NCBI GenBank assembly: GCA_002269645.1
Contig: NIVC01000504.1
Location: 1-64,000, forward strand
Direction: 5' to 3'
Length of the DNA stretch: 64,000 nt
DNA from: Macrostomum lignano
Taxonomy: Eukaryota
Shown here: positions 11,801-25,300 of the stretch, in pieces
Layout: each line of letters opens with the position of its first letter
Numbering within the stretch: position 1 is the stretch's first letter
Position numbers and translations under genes: made by a program
The notes under the pieces: generated by a model
Seen by the model: the letters and a program-made list of their open reading frames with translations, nothing else
The model's database searches: none
Told to the model about the DNA's origin: nothing

Positions 11801-13526
11801 GGAGATTCTTTGGTGGATGAGGGAGATTCATGGGATAGATGAGGGGGATTCATGGGGTAGATGAGGGAGATTCTTTGGTGGATGAGGGAGATTCATGCGG
11901 TAGATGAGGGGGATTCATGGGGTAGATGAGGGAGATTCATGGGGTAGATGAGGGGGATTCATGGAGTAGATAAGGGAGATTTATGGTGTAGATGAGGGAG
12001 ATTCATGGGGTAGATGAGGGGGATTCATGGAGTAGATAAGGGAGATTTATGGGGTAGATGAGGGAGATTCATGGGGTAGATGAGGGAGATTCATGGGGTA
12101 GATGAGGGAAATTCATGGGATAGATGAGGGAAATTCATGGGGTAGATGAGGGAAATTCATGGGGTAGATGAGGGAAATTCATGGGTAGATGAGGGAAATT
12201 CATGGGTAGATGAGTGAGATTATGGGTAGATAAGGGAGATCATGGGTAGATGAGTGAGTTTCTTTGGTGGTGGAGGGAGATTCTTTGGTGGATGAGGGAG
12301 ATTCATGGGTAGATGAGAGTTTCTTGGTTAGATTGGAGTTTCTTCAGTAGATTAGTGAGTTTCTTGGGTAGATTAGGAAGGTTCATGGGGTAGATGAGGG
12401 AGATTCATGGGGTAGATGAGGGGGATTCATGGGGTAGATGAGGGGGATTCATGGGGTAGATAAGGGAGATTTATGGTGTAGATGAGGGAGATTCATGGAG
12501 TAGATGAGGGGGATTCATGGGGTAGATGAGGGAGATTCATGGGGTAGATGAGGGGGATTCATGGAGTAGATGAGGGAGATTCATGGGGTAGATGAGGGAA
12601 ATTCATTGGGTAGATGAGGGAGATTCATGGGTAGATGAGGGAGATTCATGGGGTAGATGAGGGAGATTCATGGGTAGATGAACATTTTCTTAATAAACCT
12701 TCGCGTATAATCAGCAATAATGTTTGGTGATCCGTTGTTCTTAATTGCTAAACTGTCTGGTATATTTTGTTATACACATTAGCTTGTTACTTAGGCAGAC
12801 TTGCATTGCACCCCTTTCAAACTAACAGCCCAGAGCCAGTGCCTGGAGATCCGAGTCTATCACCGATTGATCTCAGGCCTGCACACCAGCATCAACACGC
12901 ACCTGTCGCACAAGTACCTGCTGCTCGGGCCTCAGGACCGCCTGATGGGTACCCAGAACTGGGGTCCGAATGTTACCGAATTCCTAGTTCGATTCCATCC
13001 GGAGTTCGAGCCTCAGGGCCCGGTCAGGCTGAAGAATCTGCATTTCACATTCCTAGCCGAGCTGAGAGCTCTGGCTAAAGCTGCTCCGGTGCTGAGGAGG
13101 GCCAAGTTCTTCACTGGCAGCGAGTCTGATGACGCTGAAGTGGCCCAGCTAGTGAGCGACATTCTCGACCAGGTCGAACAGTTCCCGGATCATTTTGACG
13201 AGTCGCAGCTGTTTCGCGAACGCGACAAGATCCGATTGAAATCGGAGATTAGGGAGAAGTTCTTCAACATCACCCGGATTATGGACTGCGTTGGATGCGA
13301 CAAGTGCCGGCTGTGGGGCAAGGTGCAGACTGCCGGGTTGGGCACCGCGCTCAAGGTGCTGTTCAGCCCCAACCTGCCGCAGTACCTGCGCAGGCACGAG
13401 ATTGTGACTCTGTTCAACGCGTTGGGCCGCCTGTCTGAGAGCATCTACTCGCTTGAAGAGTTCAAAGGCCTGCTCAGCAGCAACGGATGGGCTGCGAGTG
13501 GCAGGGGGTTTCGGGTTGATCTGTGA
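5897..13526 (+). CDS. ERO1: ERO1-like endoplasmic reticulum oxidoreductin (~464-471 aa). Exons 5897-6007, 9519-10104, optional microexon 10740-10760, 12829-13526
   Basis: Signal-peptide exon (MLMKFCVLIIVSAISLLTLC...ECFKL|gtaagc) joins in phase 0 to cag|LNGPVDDCACE. Contains CPFW, outer active site CAMRHC, YVDLLRNPERYTGY, IWRSIYEENCF, RLISGLHTSIN and inner active site MDCVGCDKCRLWGK. Splice phases are consistent (1395 nt without the microexon). Confidence 0.92.
6624..7079. mobile_element. MITE with 8-bp TSD (hAT-like) in ERO1 intron 1
   Basis: Termini CCATAGTCCAGA / TCCGGACTATGG; TGTAGTAC duplicated at 6616-6623 and 7080-7087; multiple subterminal TACGCC motifs near both ends. Confidence 0.8.
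7315..7812 (-). mobile_element. Foldback/internally deleted Tc1-mariner/IS630-like element with ~70-bp inverted repeats
   Basis: 7315-7386 and 7739-7812 are near-perfect reverse complements (one 2-nt indel). The enclosed minus-strand peptide FSKEMLGVLTRYVEEKPTVTFKEMQQKL...VTTQAISCRL resembles a transposase helix-turn-helix. Confidence 0.7.
8675..9430. repeat. 23-bp minisatellite (GAGGCTAGATTTTAGYGCCRTTA) in ERO1 intron 1
   Basis: Tandem units seen directly, degenerating toward the 3' end. Confidence 0.92.
10230..10460. repeat. ~17-18-bp pyrimidine minisatellite (CCCGCTTTACCCTCTCC) in ERO1 intron
   Basis: Tandem units seen directly. Confidence 0.9.
11505..12682. repeat. ~21-22-bp minisatellite (GATGAGGGAGATTCATGGGGTA) in ERO1 intron
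   Basis: Tandem units seen directly. Confidence 0.92.
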
Positions 13527-13584
13527 TTTGCTGTGAGCTTTGGCTAGTTGACGGTTAAGTTTCAACTATATATCTACTGGCGTC

Positions 13585-14545
13585 CCAGTCCTGAAATCCC
13601 AATACGTAACACTGAATTCCCAATCCATAACAGTGAAATCCCAATCTGTAACAGTGAAATCCCAAACCATAACACTCAAATCCCAATGCATAACACTGAA
13701 TTCCCAATCGATAACATAACAGTGAAATCCCAATCTGTAACAGTGAAATCCTAATCTATAACAGTGAAATCCCAATCTGTAACAGTGAAATCCTAATCTA
13801 TAACAGTGAAATCCCAATCTGTAACAGTGAAATCCCAATCTGTAACAGTGAAATCCTAATCTGTAACAGTGAAATCCCAATCCATAACAGTGAAATCCTA
13901 ATCTATAACAGTGAAATCCCAATCTGTAACAGTGAAATCCCAATCTGTAACAGTGAAATCCCAATCTGTAACAGTGAAATCCTAATCTGTAACAGTGAAA
14001 TCCCAATCTGCAACAGTGAAATCCTAATCTATAACAGTGAAATCCTAATCTATAACAGTGAAATCCCAATCTGTAACAGTGAAATCCCAATCTGTAACAG
14101 TGAAATCCCAATCTGTAACAGTGAAATCCTAATCTGTAACAGTGAAATCCCAATCCATAACAGTGAAATCCCAATCCATAACAGTGAAATCCCAATCCAT
14201 AACAGTGAAATCCTAATCTATAACAGTGAAATCCTAATCTATAACAGTGAAATCCCAATCTGTAACAGTGAAATCCCAATCCATAACACTCAAATGCCAA
14301 TGCATAACACTGAAATCCCAATCCATAACACTCAGATCCCAATGCATAACACTGAAATCCCAATCCATAACACTCAGATCCCAATGCATAACACTGAAAT
14401 CCCAATCCATAACACTCAGATCCCAATGCATAACACTGAAATCCCAATCCATAACACTCAGATCCCAATCCAAAACACTCAAATCCCAATCCATAACACT
14501 GAAATCCCAATCCATAACACTCAAATCCCAATCCATAACACTGAA
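13585..14545. repeat. 21-bp minisatellite (AACAGTGAAATCCCAATCTGT) downstream of the ERO1 stop
   Basis: Tandem units seen directly; they explain the heptad ORFs CYRLGFH/CYGLGFE. Confidence 0.92.
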
Positions 14546-17134
14546 TTCCGAAGTATCCTATATTATTTCCAATCGCAAGCGTGTCAATAGATAAAAATAG
14601 TAAACTCTTTATTCCCATTTTATTCGGAACCACAAGGATTTTATTTCAATGGCCAGGTATTCACAGGCTTATAGCTTCAACTATACAGCTGATGCTGGCA
14701 ATTTACAGGCACCACAGAGAGCGTGTACTTTTGAGAGACGCTTTTAAGAGATAATTTAATTGATATTAATTGTTGATCTATTGATCAATTCTGATTTTCT
14801 AGCAATAGAAAATGTTTATTATTACACTGTAAAAGCGCGTACTGTCTCTTAAGTCCTCTGCGCTCATACCTGTGCGGTAACAAAATTATTTCGCTTTTAT
14901 TAGTGCACCTGCGTAAAACATACTACTGCCTGCTCGGAATATTAGTAGTAGTATTTAAGCTTTTGAATGTCAATTAAAAAGCGACACGTTTTAAAAAATT
15001 AACACTTTTTTTCATTTCCATTCGGTGAATTTGCGCCAGCGCGTTCAATTTGTCTTGCATTCTGATTTTGCAGTTTAATGTCATCCTTTTTGTTAAATAA
15101 TGTCTGTTAAATTTTTATCTTAATGTTGTGTACAATCTGATAAATATTTTTACTCGTGTCGTTGCATGAACTGAGGTGTGGTTACTACGAGTTCAGGTGT
15201 GCGATGTGTGGGATCTAAGGTGTGGCAAGTACGGGGTCTTATGTGCGGTAAGTTCGGGATCTGAGGTGTGTTAAGTGTGGTAAATGTGAAATCTGAGGTC
15301 TTTTGAAAGGTAGTAAATTAAAATTTGTGTTATTGGTTTCACAATTTCCATAATTAGTTTATTTATTTTTTCTACAGTCTGAGATGCAGAATAAGCAGCA
15401 TTGTGGTGCGCTTCAATTTCCGGCTGTCCTCAACCACTATTCAGTTATCTTACAGTGATGTAATTCGTCACATTATACGTTCATGTACTGCAGATTACTT
15501 CTTTTGCCTGCATAGATAAAATGCTTTAACAGAAGTTAATAGGTTGAAGATTTTCTTGCTTGGTATCTATTTGTTTGCATATGCTATTACTTGCAGTAGT
15601 ATAAATATTAATATATAGTCTTCTTGTGTGCCAAAAGTAAGGACTCGGCTTTTCTGTGTGTAATAATAGCTTTCTATGTCTGTTTTTTTTAGCACAATCG
15701 AATTCAATGCGTTGTGATGGATGCAATTGTTTTTCTTCCTGTTGTGTCCTCTTTTATGTTCCCAACTGTATTGGCAATACGTTATCCTGATATATTACTT
15801 TTAGTAACTAACTGCAGGCCTCAAGACTTACTGTGCGCTAATGAACTTTCCGTTATAAATATAATAACATGCTACTATTAACTTAAGTAGCTTATGCGCG
15901 TGTAACTGGTATTATTTTCCGAAACAGTTGATTTCCAGTGTAGTGATAAAAAATTAATGGAAATTTCGGGCGCGTCAGGCAGTATATCAGTCGTGTGTTA
16001 TTACTTTTTGTTGAGTTCTTTTTAAAACTTAATGCTATTAATAACTGCAGTTTTGAATTTTCAAAAGTACCGAGTCTTAAATTTGCTAATAAAACTTTAG
16101 CCTGTTCGCCGATATGTTTCGAAAAATACCTTGCTTTTAGCTTTCATGAAGTCAGTAGTTTGTCTGTGTGCCTGTGGTATAATTTTCAGAGGAAATGCAA
16201 AGAAAGACCTAAAAATTCTTAATAATATTATTTGAGATTTTTGCTATAGGGAAGTCTGTTATTTTTAGCTAAGCAAAAAATCGTGGTAAAAAGTAATTAT
16301 TATTATTGATGCATTAAATCTCGAAATTTTATATAGCTAGCTAATCTACAAAATTGAATTCATGTAGGAAAAATATGAAGCAGCAAATTAAATAAAGGTG
16401 CGTTTTGGGATAAAATCGGAGCCGAGAAGGGCACAGCAGCAGTGGCGGTAGTGGATGCTTAAAAAATAAAAACGACAGGCACTCAGTTATAAACAGGATA
16501 GCTAAAGTACATTGTTGATGAACTCTATATAGGTGTGAATTAAGACACGATATTTAAAAGAAGCAATTAGAAAATATTAAATTAATCATCAGCGATATAA
16601 GCAGTTAGAATTTGGCAGTAAAATACTATCAGTTACTTAAAGTAGCTTAAAATTGTTTTTAAATTTAAAGAAAGGGAAGAACGAAAAAATATTTTGGATA
16701 AACAGCAAAAGGAAAATTCTAATTTTAGCGACTAAATAAAGCAATGAATTAATTGATCTATTCAACTGGCAGTGGCAGGTAAGAACAGAGACTACTAGAT
16801 ACCTAAGCTCTACATTAAGCGATTAAAACTTAAAATGAAAGCTATCTAGCTAATACTGGCCAATAAATGGCATGGCTGCTACAAAAAAACCAACAAACCC
16901 GATAAAAATTCCATAAAAAACTTTTAATGCTTCAACCATCAAATATATGTTGCTATAAAAGTTAATCAAGCCTAAAAATTCACTCGACACAATAATGATA
17001 AAGATAAAATTAATCGAATCAATGAAATCTGTCAAACCTAGAAAAAATCCCTTAACAATCAAGTTTCACTCCATATAATGGTCATTCTCAATGTCACTCC
17101 TTGAAAAAATCACGAAATTTTACGCTTTCACTAA

Positions 17135-17710
17135 GTGTCACTCTATAGAGTGGTCACTCCGTAGAAGTATTTCTCAGTGTCACTGTAAAAGTCACTCTCA
17201 GTGTCACTCCGTAAAAGTCACTCTCAGTGTCACTCCGTAAAAGTCACTCTCAGTGTCACTCCGTAAAAGTGATTCTCAGTGTCACTCCGCAAAATTCACT
17301 CTCAGTGTCACTCCGTAAAAGTCACTCTCAGTGTCACTCCATAAAAGTCACTCTCAGTGTCGCTCACTCCGTAAAAGTCACTCTCAGTGTCACTCCATAA
17401 AAGTCACTCTCAGTGTCACTCCGTAAAATTCACTCTCAGTGTCACTCCGTAAAATTCACTCTCAGTGTCACTTCGTAAAAGTCACTCTCAGTGTCACTCC
17501 GTAAAAGTCACTCTCAGTGTCGCTCACTCCGTAAAAGTTACTCAGTGTCGCTCACTCCGTAAAAGTCACTTTCAGTGTCGCTTACTCCGTAAAAGTCACT
17601 CTCAGTGTCACTCCGTAAAAGCCACTCTCAGTGTCACTCCGTAAAATTCACTCTCAGTGTCACTCCGTAAAATTCACTCTCAGTGTCGCTCTGTGAAAGT
17701 TACTCTCATT
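17135..17710. repeat. 26-bp minisatellite (GTCACTCCGTAAAAGTCACTCTCAGT)
   Basis: Tandem units seen directly, just beyond the opine dehydrogenase stop. Confidence 0.9.
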
Positions 17711-17815
17711 GTCACTACATAGAATTGTCACCCAGTAAAATTGTCACGCCATACATAGGTTTTCACTCTAATAATACCAGTCAAAAATAGTCACCAGCTT
17801 TAGCGACTCGGCTCA

Positions 17816-20800
17816 TCACTGCTTCGGCACTCCCAGCACCTGTTCCACAGTTGTCAGTCCGTACCTCTGCGGCGCTCTGGTCATGCCGATGTCGCTGCCG
17901 CAAACCCGACCTCCGGCCGACTCCCGGACGAACTCCTTGCCCATCTGTTTCTGCGACCAGGCCAGCACTCGGTCAATATTAGGCGTGGGCAGCTGGAAGA
18001 TCTCGGCGATGCCTTTGGTGATGACCAGGCCGAACGGTACATCCTCGGTCATGTAGCGATAGCCATAGTTGGGCCTGTGCAGTCCATCTTCGCCAACCAC
18101 TGTCGGATGTCGCAGACCGCGATAACTGGCGTTGGTTCGCATGGACGTGGCTAGTGTGGACTTGTCCGAGATGTCCTTGCCGTAGCAGTCCATGTACCAA
18201 TCGTAGATGTGCAGCACGGATTTCAGATCGACGCCCTGTAATTTTTTAGTACAAATTACGCATCAAGCATTATGCTTTCGTTAAATGAAAATAACAAAAA
18301 AGCTATCAAAGCTACTTACAGTAAATTGGAATAGTTTTAACGAAATTTAATCAAGTATAAAAAATCTTTAAATTGTGTCGCTTCACCTCATTAAATCTTG
18401 AGTTTTTAGATTAACAGCTAGTTTTTTCTGCGATAAATCCGTGATAATTATGACGATATGTATCGTAAAGTATCGATTTGCCAAATAATTTTGACATATG
18501 TAAAACCTGTAAAAATCTAGCGAGCCGATATGTATCGAAAAATGGTTCTTTAAAATTATTACAGTTATTATCTATCGAAATCTTGCTAGAGACTAAAAAT
18601 CCGATATGTATCGAAAAATCTTTCTTCCTTAAAATTATTACAGCCGATATGTATTGATTTTCTAATTTATTAATCATCCCTATTTGTATAGAAAAATAAT
18701 TCCGCAAATAACTAAACTGACAGATATTCCTACCTGGGTATCGCTGATCTTCTTGGCCAGAGCGCAGATCTCGGCACTCATCGAGTTCAACAGACTGCCG
18801 GTCTCCTCGTTGATGCCCTGATAAAACAGCGGCGACTCCGGCAATCCTTTGCCGTCCCAATTGTACCACTGGCCGTACATCACGGCTAGATGTACAATCT
18901 GATTCACCGAGCCCAGCGTGATGCCCAAAATGTGGCCCGACGCGTTCAGCACCGGCCTCTGACCGAGTAGAGACTGCGGGACAGGGGGTAGATAGCCATG
19001 GATACCAATATTGACCTACCAACTGACCTATGATTGGCCCATACCAACTGACCCATATGATTGACCTACCAACTGACCCATATGATTGACCTACCAACTG
19101 ACCCATATGATTGACCTACCAACTGACCCATATGATTGACCTACCAACTGACCCATATGATTGACCTACCAACTGACCCATATGATTGACCCACCAACTG
19201 ACCCATATGATTGACCTACCAACTGACCCATATGATTGACCTACCAACTGACCCATATGATTGACCTACCAACTGACCCATATGATTGACCCACCAACTG
19301 ACCCATATGATTGACCTACCAACTGACACATATGATTGACCTACCAACTGACCCATACAAACTGACCCATATGATTGACCTACCAACTGACCCATATGAT
19401 TGACCCATACCAACTGACCCATATGATTGACCCATACCAACTGACCCATATGATTGACCTACCAACTGACCCATATGATTGACCCATACCAACTGACCCA
19501 TATGATTGACCCATACAAACTGACCCATATGATTGACCCATACAAACTGACCCATATGATTGACCCATACAAACTGACCCATATGATTGACCTACCAACT
19601 GACCCATATGATTGACCCATACCAACTGACTCATATGATTGACCTACCAACTGACCCATATGATTGACCTACCAACTGACCCATATGATTGACCTACCAA
19701 CTGACCCATATGATTGACCTACCAACTAACCCATATGATTGACCTACCAACTGACCCATATGATTGACCTACCAACTAACCCATATGATTGACCTACCAA
19801 CTGAACTATATGATTGACCCATACCAACTGACCCATATGATTGACCTACCAACTGACACATATGATTGACCTACCAACTGACCCATACCAACTGACCCAT
19901 ATGATTGACCCATACCAACTGACCCATATGATTGACCTACCAACTGACCCATATGATTGACCCACCAACTGACCCATATGATTGACCTACCAACTGACCC
20001 ATATGATTGACCCATACCAACTGACCCATATGATTGACCTACCAACTGACACATGATTGACCTACCAACTGACCCATACCAACTAACCCATATGATTGAC
20101 CCATACAAACTGACCCATATGATTGACCTACCAACTGACCCATATGATTGACCCATACCAACTGACCCAAATGATTGACCTACCAACTGACCCAGTGAAC
20201 AATGGAGCAGCACTGACCTGCAGGCAGGGCACCGGATCCACACGGCTGGGCACAGTGCCCAGGCGCACGGAGCCCCGCATTGACTCCTTGGTGCCAAGCA
20301 CTTCAACGTGTCGGCCAAACTCCAGCAGGCGACAGGCCCAGGGCAGGGTCGCCCAGTCCATGAGGGTCACCTGGGCGCTCAATTCCGGGCCAAGGATGCC
20401 GTCAACTTCGAATGGGAAGCCGGGAGATCCGGGCATGCCGCAGATCACCGTGCCGGGCGTGATGTTGGGCAGCAGGGCGCGAAGGTAGCCGGCGTGGGCG
20501 AAGGCTGGTACTACCAGGAGGATCAAGTCCACGTCTCTGCGGAGCAATGGGTCAATTGATATGTGCTGGGTCAGGCAATGGGTCAATTGATATGTGCTGG
20601 GTCAGGCAATGGGTCAATTGATATGTGCTGGGTCAGGCAATGGGTCAATTGATATGTGCTGGGTCAGGCAATGGGTCAATTGATTTGTGCTGGGTCAGGC
20701 AATGGGTCAATTGATATGTGCTGGGTCAGACAATGGGTCAATTGATATGTGCTGGGTCAGGCAAAGGGTCAATTGATATGTGCTGGGTCAGGCAATGGGT

Positions 20801-21194
20801 CAATGGTGTATGCTGGGACAGGCAATGGGTCAATGGATATATGAAGGGTCAGTAAATAGGTCAATGGATATATGGTGGGTCAAGTCTTCGATAAAAAATA
20901 TCCCAGATGCCTGCGTCATCTCAAAAGAATTGGGGCCCACAATACTCACTTCCCAGCCACAGCCGGGTCTTTAGTAACAACGCTCAGCTTAGCGTCCAAC
21001 TCCTTAGTAGTTCCGGCATCGGTGTAAGTCACCCTCAGTAAGCCGTTATTAGCAGCCAGAGCGGCGCTAATACGCTCGGCCTCGTCGCTAAAGGTGGACA
21101 TCATTCGCACATCGGCGCCATTCAACGCAGCCAAACCCGCGGCCACGTGGGCACCGTTCCCGCCGCCGCAGATAACAACCTTCACGCCGGACAT
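17816..21194 (-). CDS. Opine (octopine/tauropine/strombine-type) dehydrogenase, 407 aa. Exons 21194-20950, 20536-20218, 18973-18734, 18235-17816
   Basis: Rossmann motif VVICGGGNGAH, LVVPAFAH, GMPGSPGF, TLPWACR, GTK, QIVHLAVMYG, PLFYQG, RYMTEDVPFGL. Canonical GT-AG junctions with consistent phases (1224 nt). Confidence 0.92.
19010..20195. repeat. ~26-27-bp minisatellite (CCAACTGACCCATATGATTGACCTA) in opine dehydrogenase intron 2
   Basis: Tandem units seen directly. Confidence 0.92.
20545..20835. repeat. 31-bp minisatellite (GGGTCAATTGATATGTGCTGGGTCAGGCAAT) in opine dehydrogenase intron 1
   Basis: Tandem units seen directly. Confidence 0.9.
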
Positions 21195-22310
21195 TGTGAT
21201 TGGCTGCGGGCGCGAGTTTGGGTTATATTTATGGCCTATTGGCTAGAGAGTCTGCTTTGCATCGCAAAGGACAGGGGTTCGAATCTTGGGCGATCCGAGT
21301 CTTTTTAATTTGAAATTAAAACTTGGGATTTCTAATAGTTTCAGTTAAAAACTAATATAGGAAAATAAAATTTGTGGTAAATTTTTTTGTTTCCATGACC
21401 TATTCGAATACTCGTACTTTTCGATAATTTCGATTCAAATAAAATACTATTGTTTCTACTCATTAGTAGCATCATTTGAAAGAAATTAGCTTAGTAAGGA
21501 TATCTAATTAAATAAAACAATAAAAAATAAAAAGCTGAAAAAATTAGTCAAAAGATTTCACTGTTTTAATATCGACCGATCTTGAATAATAAGAGCAGAC
21601 GACAAGGGCGCATTGGCTTTAGACAATTCTTTTATTTTTCCGTTGGTTATTTAAAATGAAACGTACACTTGCAAGAATTTAGCAACATTTGTTCAATACA
21701 TTGAAAAAGCACTTTTTATTTGATTATAATGGAAAAGCTGTCTTTTTCTACTCTTTAATTGAGGACAACATTGATGACAAACCAAATTTTTGCGTATTTA
21801 TTAAACAAATTTAGATGAAAAAACACCAGGATAAGGGTTAAATTAGAAAGCTGACTTCTTACTTATACAAGTGCGTTTAACCTACTGTAAGTAGCAGCAT
21901 GTATAGTAAATTGAAAAGCGGGGAAATATGAATGGTTTCTTAGAGTTTTTTTTTATTTAGGACGCTTTGCACTACTAATTCACAGGATATACTACTTATA
22001 TGAGCATAGTAGCGGGGCAGAAACGCAATGCAAAAAATAACAGCGCTGTTGTTAAGAATGTGACAAATATGATTTTTATTGTCAAGCCCGGTTCTGGAAT
22101 ATATTAACTAATAAAACGCGCGTATGCTACTACTAACCAAAGCTGGTAAGTAGCCAGTCCTGAATATTATTAGAAACTTTATATTTTTAAACAGTAAAAT
22201 TATTTATTCGCAATTTTTCTGACTTATTTCGTTCGCTTGGTCTCTTGGTTAAAGACGACACTTAAAGAAGTACGAATAGCATTGTGTGTCAAGTGAATAA
22301 ACGGGTTTAA

Positions 22311-25300
22311 TTAGCCTCGATGCAGACCGACTATGCCAGCGTCGATTAATTTCTGCAATTTAGTGCGCACCTGCGGATTCTGCAAATGTTCAGCCACAGC
22401 TTTGGGATCTTTCTGCATCTGGCCTAGGATCATCTGCATGGCCGGGTCGCTCAAGATGTCCTGCACCTCCGGATCGTTCAGGGCCGCCTGACGCCGCTGC
22501 TCATCGTTGGTGCCCAGCTCCGCTTGCATGTAGCCTTCTTTAGCCTCTTGGCAGTTCTCGTCTATCTCTAGAGCTTTCCTGTGGCGTGGATTTGGCATGG
22601 TGGATAGCTAGGGTGTCTTCTCTGGACTGTTTGTCTTCTGTCTCCAATGATTCCATCTAGTCTATCCGTGTCTAATCTGACCCCTGTGCATCTGGTCTAT
22701 TTCTAATCTGATCTCCTAATCTAATCTTATGTCTATCTAATATCTTAATTCTTTATTTTATTACCAAATTTTTATCTAATATCAGCCATATCTAAGATCA
22801 CCCATTTCGATAAAATCTAACTCATTCCTATCAAATCTAACCCAATTCTAACAAATCTCACCCATTCCTATCAAATCTAACCCAATTATAACAAATCTCA
22901 CCCATATCTATCAAATCTCACCCATATCGATCAAATCTCACCCATATCTATCAAATCTAACTCATTTCTATCAAATCTCACCTATATCTATCAAATCTCA
23001 CTCACATCTATTAAATGTCACCCAATTCTATCAAATCTCACCCATATCTATCAAATCTCACCTATTTCTATCAAATCTCACCCAATTCTATCAAATCTCA
23101 CTCATTCCTATCAAATCTAACCCATTTCTATCAAATCTCACCTATATCTATCAAATCTCACTCACATCTATCAAATGTCACCCAATTCTATCAAATCTCA
23201 CCCATTTCTATCTAATCTCACCCATTCCTATTAAATCTAACTAATTCCTATAAAATCTAACCCAATTATATCAAATCTCACGCATATCTATCAAATCTCA
23301 CCCACATCTATCAAATCTCACCCATTTCTATCAAATCTCACCCATTTCTATTAAATCTCACCTATATCTATCAAATCTCACCCACATCTATCAAAGCTCA
23401 CCCAATTCTATCAAATCTCACCCATATCTATCAAATCTCACCCATTTGTATCAAATCACACCCATTTCTATTTAATCTCACTCATTCCTATTAAATCTAA
23501 CCAATTCCTATAAAATCTAACCCAATTCCATCAAATCTCACCCATATCAATCAAATCTCACCCATTTCTTTCAAATCTCACCTATATATATATCAAATCT
23601 CACCTATATTTATCAAATCTCACCCATTTCTATCAAATCTCACCCATTTCTATCTAATCTAACCCATTCCTATCAAATCCACGCATATCTATCTAACATC
23701 ACCCATTCCTATCTAATCTTACCCATATTTATATAATCTCACCAAATTTCTTGCCTGCTCTACATGTACATCTCTAGTCAATTTTAAGTCAGTCTGGCTA
23801 ATCTCACTTATTTTCCCCACTTTTACCTTCACAGAAGCATCCTGACCCCCTGATACGCTACTTTGCCTCACCTGTAGGCCTCGGCAGCTTTGACATTCTC
23901 TTTCATAGCCATCAGACAGGCACCCTTGCGTAGGTAGCCTTTAATAAACTTGGGATCCTTCTTAATACAGGTGTCGCAATCTTTCAAAGCCATGTTGAAC
24001 TCCATCAGCTTGGTGTAGCAGGCGGCCCGGTTGCTGTACAGCCTGGGATCGTCCGGGTTCCGTCGGATCGCTTCGCTGTAGTGCCGAATCGCGTCAGGAA
24101 ATTTGCCATTGGAGAACTGCTCGTTACCTTTGGCTTTCTCTTCTTCCGCTAGCTCGGGATTGATATAAGCTTGCTCCTCCAGTTGCTTCAATTGTCTTTC
24201 AATCTCTTGGGCTCGCTTGATAACATCGGGAGCTCGGTGTTCGCTTAGCGATTTATCGAAATAGCGTTTCGCCTCGCGTAAATTGCCCAGCTTAACGTTG
24301 GCATTAGCGATGCGGGCCAGGGCTTTGGCGATCAGTTTAAAATCCGCATTGTTCTCCCGGCCGATCTCAATGCCTTTCTGGCATTCGGCTATGCAATCTT
24401 CGTAGCGTTGCTGTTCGAACCTCACAGCGGCTGTGTTGGTGTACAGGGACACGTTGGTAGGGGCCAGCTCCATGGCCTGCTTGTACAGCTCGATGGCCTG
24501 GTCGAACTGCTTCGCTTTGTAAGCTGAGTTGCCCTGCTCTTTGAGCGCGTTCGCCTGCGGGTCAGAGATGGGGGGGGTGGCAGTATTGAATTTAGCTTTG
24601 GGGCAATCAATGCGAGCGCAACTGACCGACTGACTAACTACCTGACTAACTACCTGACTAACTACCTGACTAACTACCTGACTAACTACCTGACTAACTA
24701 CCTGACTAACTACCTGACTAACTACCTGACTAACTACCTGACTAACTACCAGACTAACTACCTGACTAACTATCTACCTGACTAACTACCTGACTAACTA
24801 TCTACCTGACTAACTACTAGACTAACTACCTGACTAACTACTAGACTAACTACCTGACTAACTACCTGACTAACTACCTGACTAACTATCTACCTGACTA
24901 ACTACCTGACTAACTATCTACCTGACTAACTACTAGACTAACTACCAGACTAACTACCAGACTAACTACCTGACTAACTACCTGACTAACTATCTACCTG
25001 ACTAACTACTAGACTAACTACCTGACTAACTACCTGACTAACTACTAGACTAACTACCTGACTAACTACTAGACTAACTACCTGACTGACTGACTGACTA
25101 ACTAACTGACTAACTGACTGACTAATTAACTAACTGACTAACTAACTAACTGATTAACAAACTAACTAAAGACAGGAAGAGCCTTGACGACAGAATCTAT
25201 TGAATTCTAGCTAGCACCGTGAAGCAATGCTTTACCTTCTTCTCCTCCTCTGTCAGACTCTGATCCGCAGAAGCAGACGGCTTGGGCTCCTCTTTGGGCG

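Noticed and set aside
13566-14633. 355-aa Cys-rich heptad ORF (CYRLGFH)n
   Set aside because: Translation of a 21-bp minisatellite antisense to the ERO1 3' region; open in several frames.
18411-20318. MGQLVGQSYGS repeat ORFs
   Set aside because: Intron minisatellite of the opine dehydrogenase gene.
21195-22311. STIP1-opine dehydrogenase operon or trans-splicing
   Set aside because: Same strand and 1.1 kb apart with an AG just upstream of the ATG, but nothing in the sequence distinguishes this from an independent promoter.
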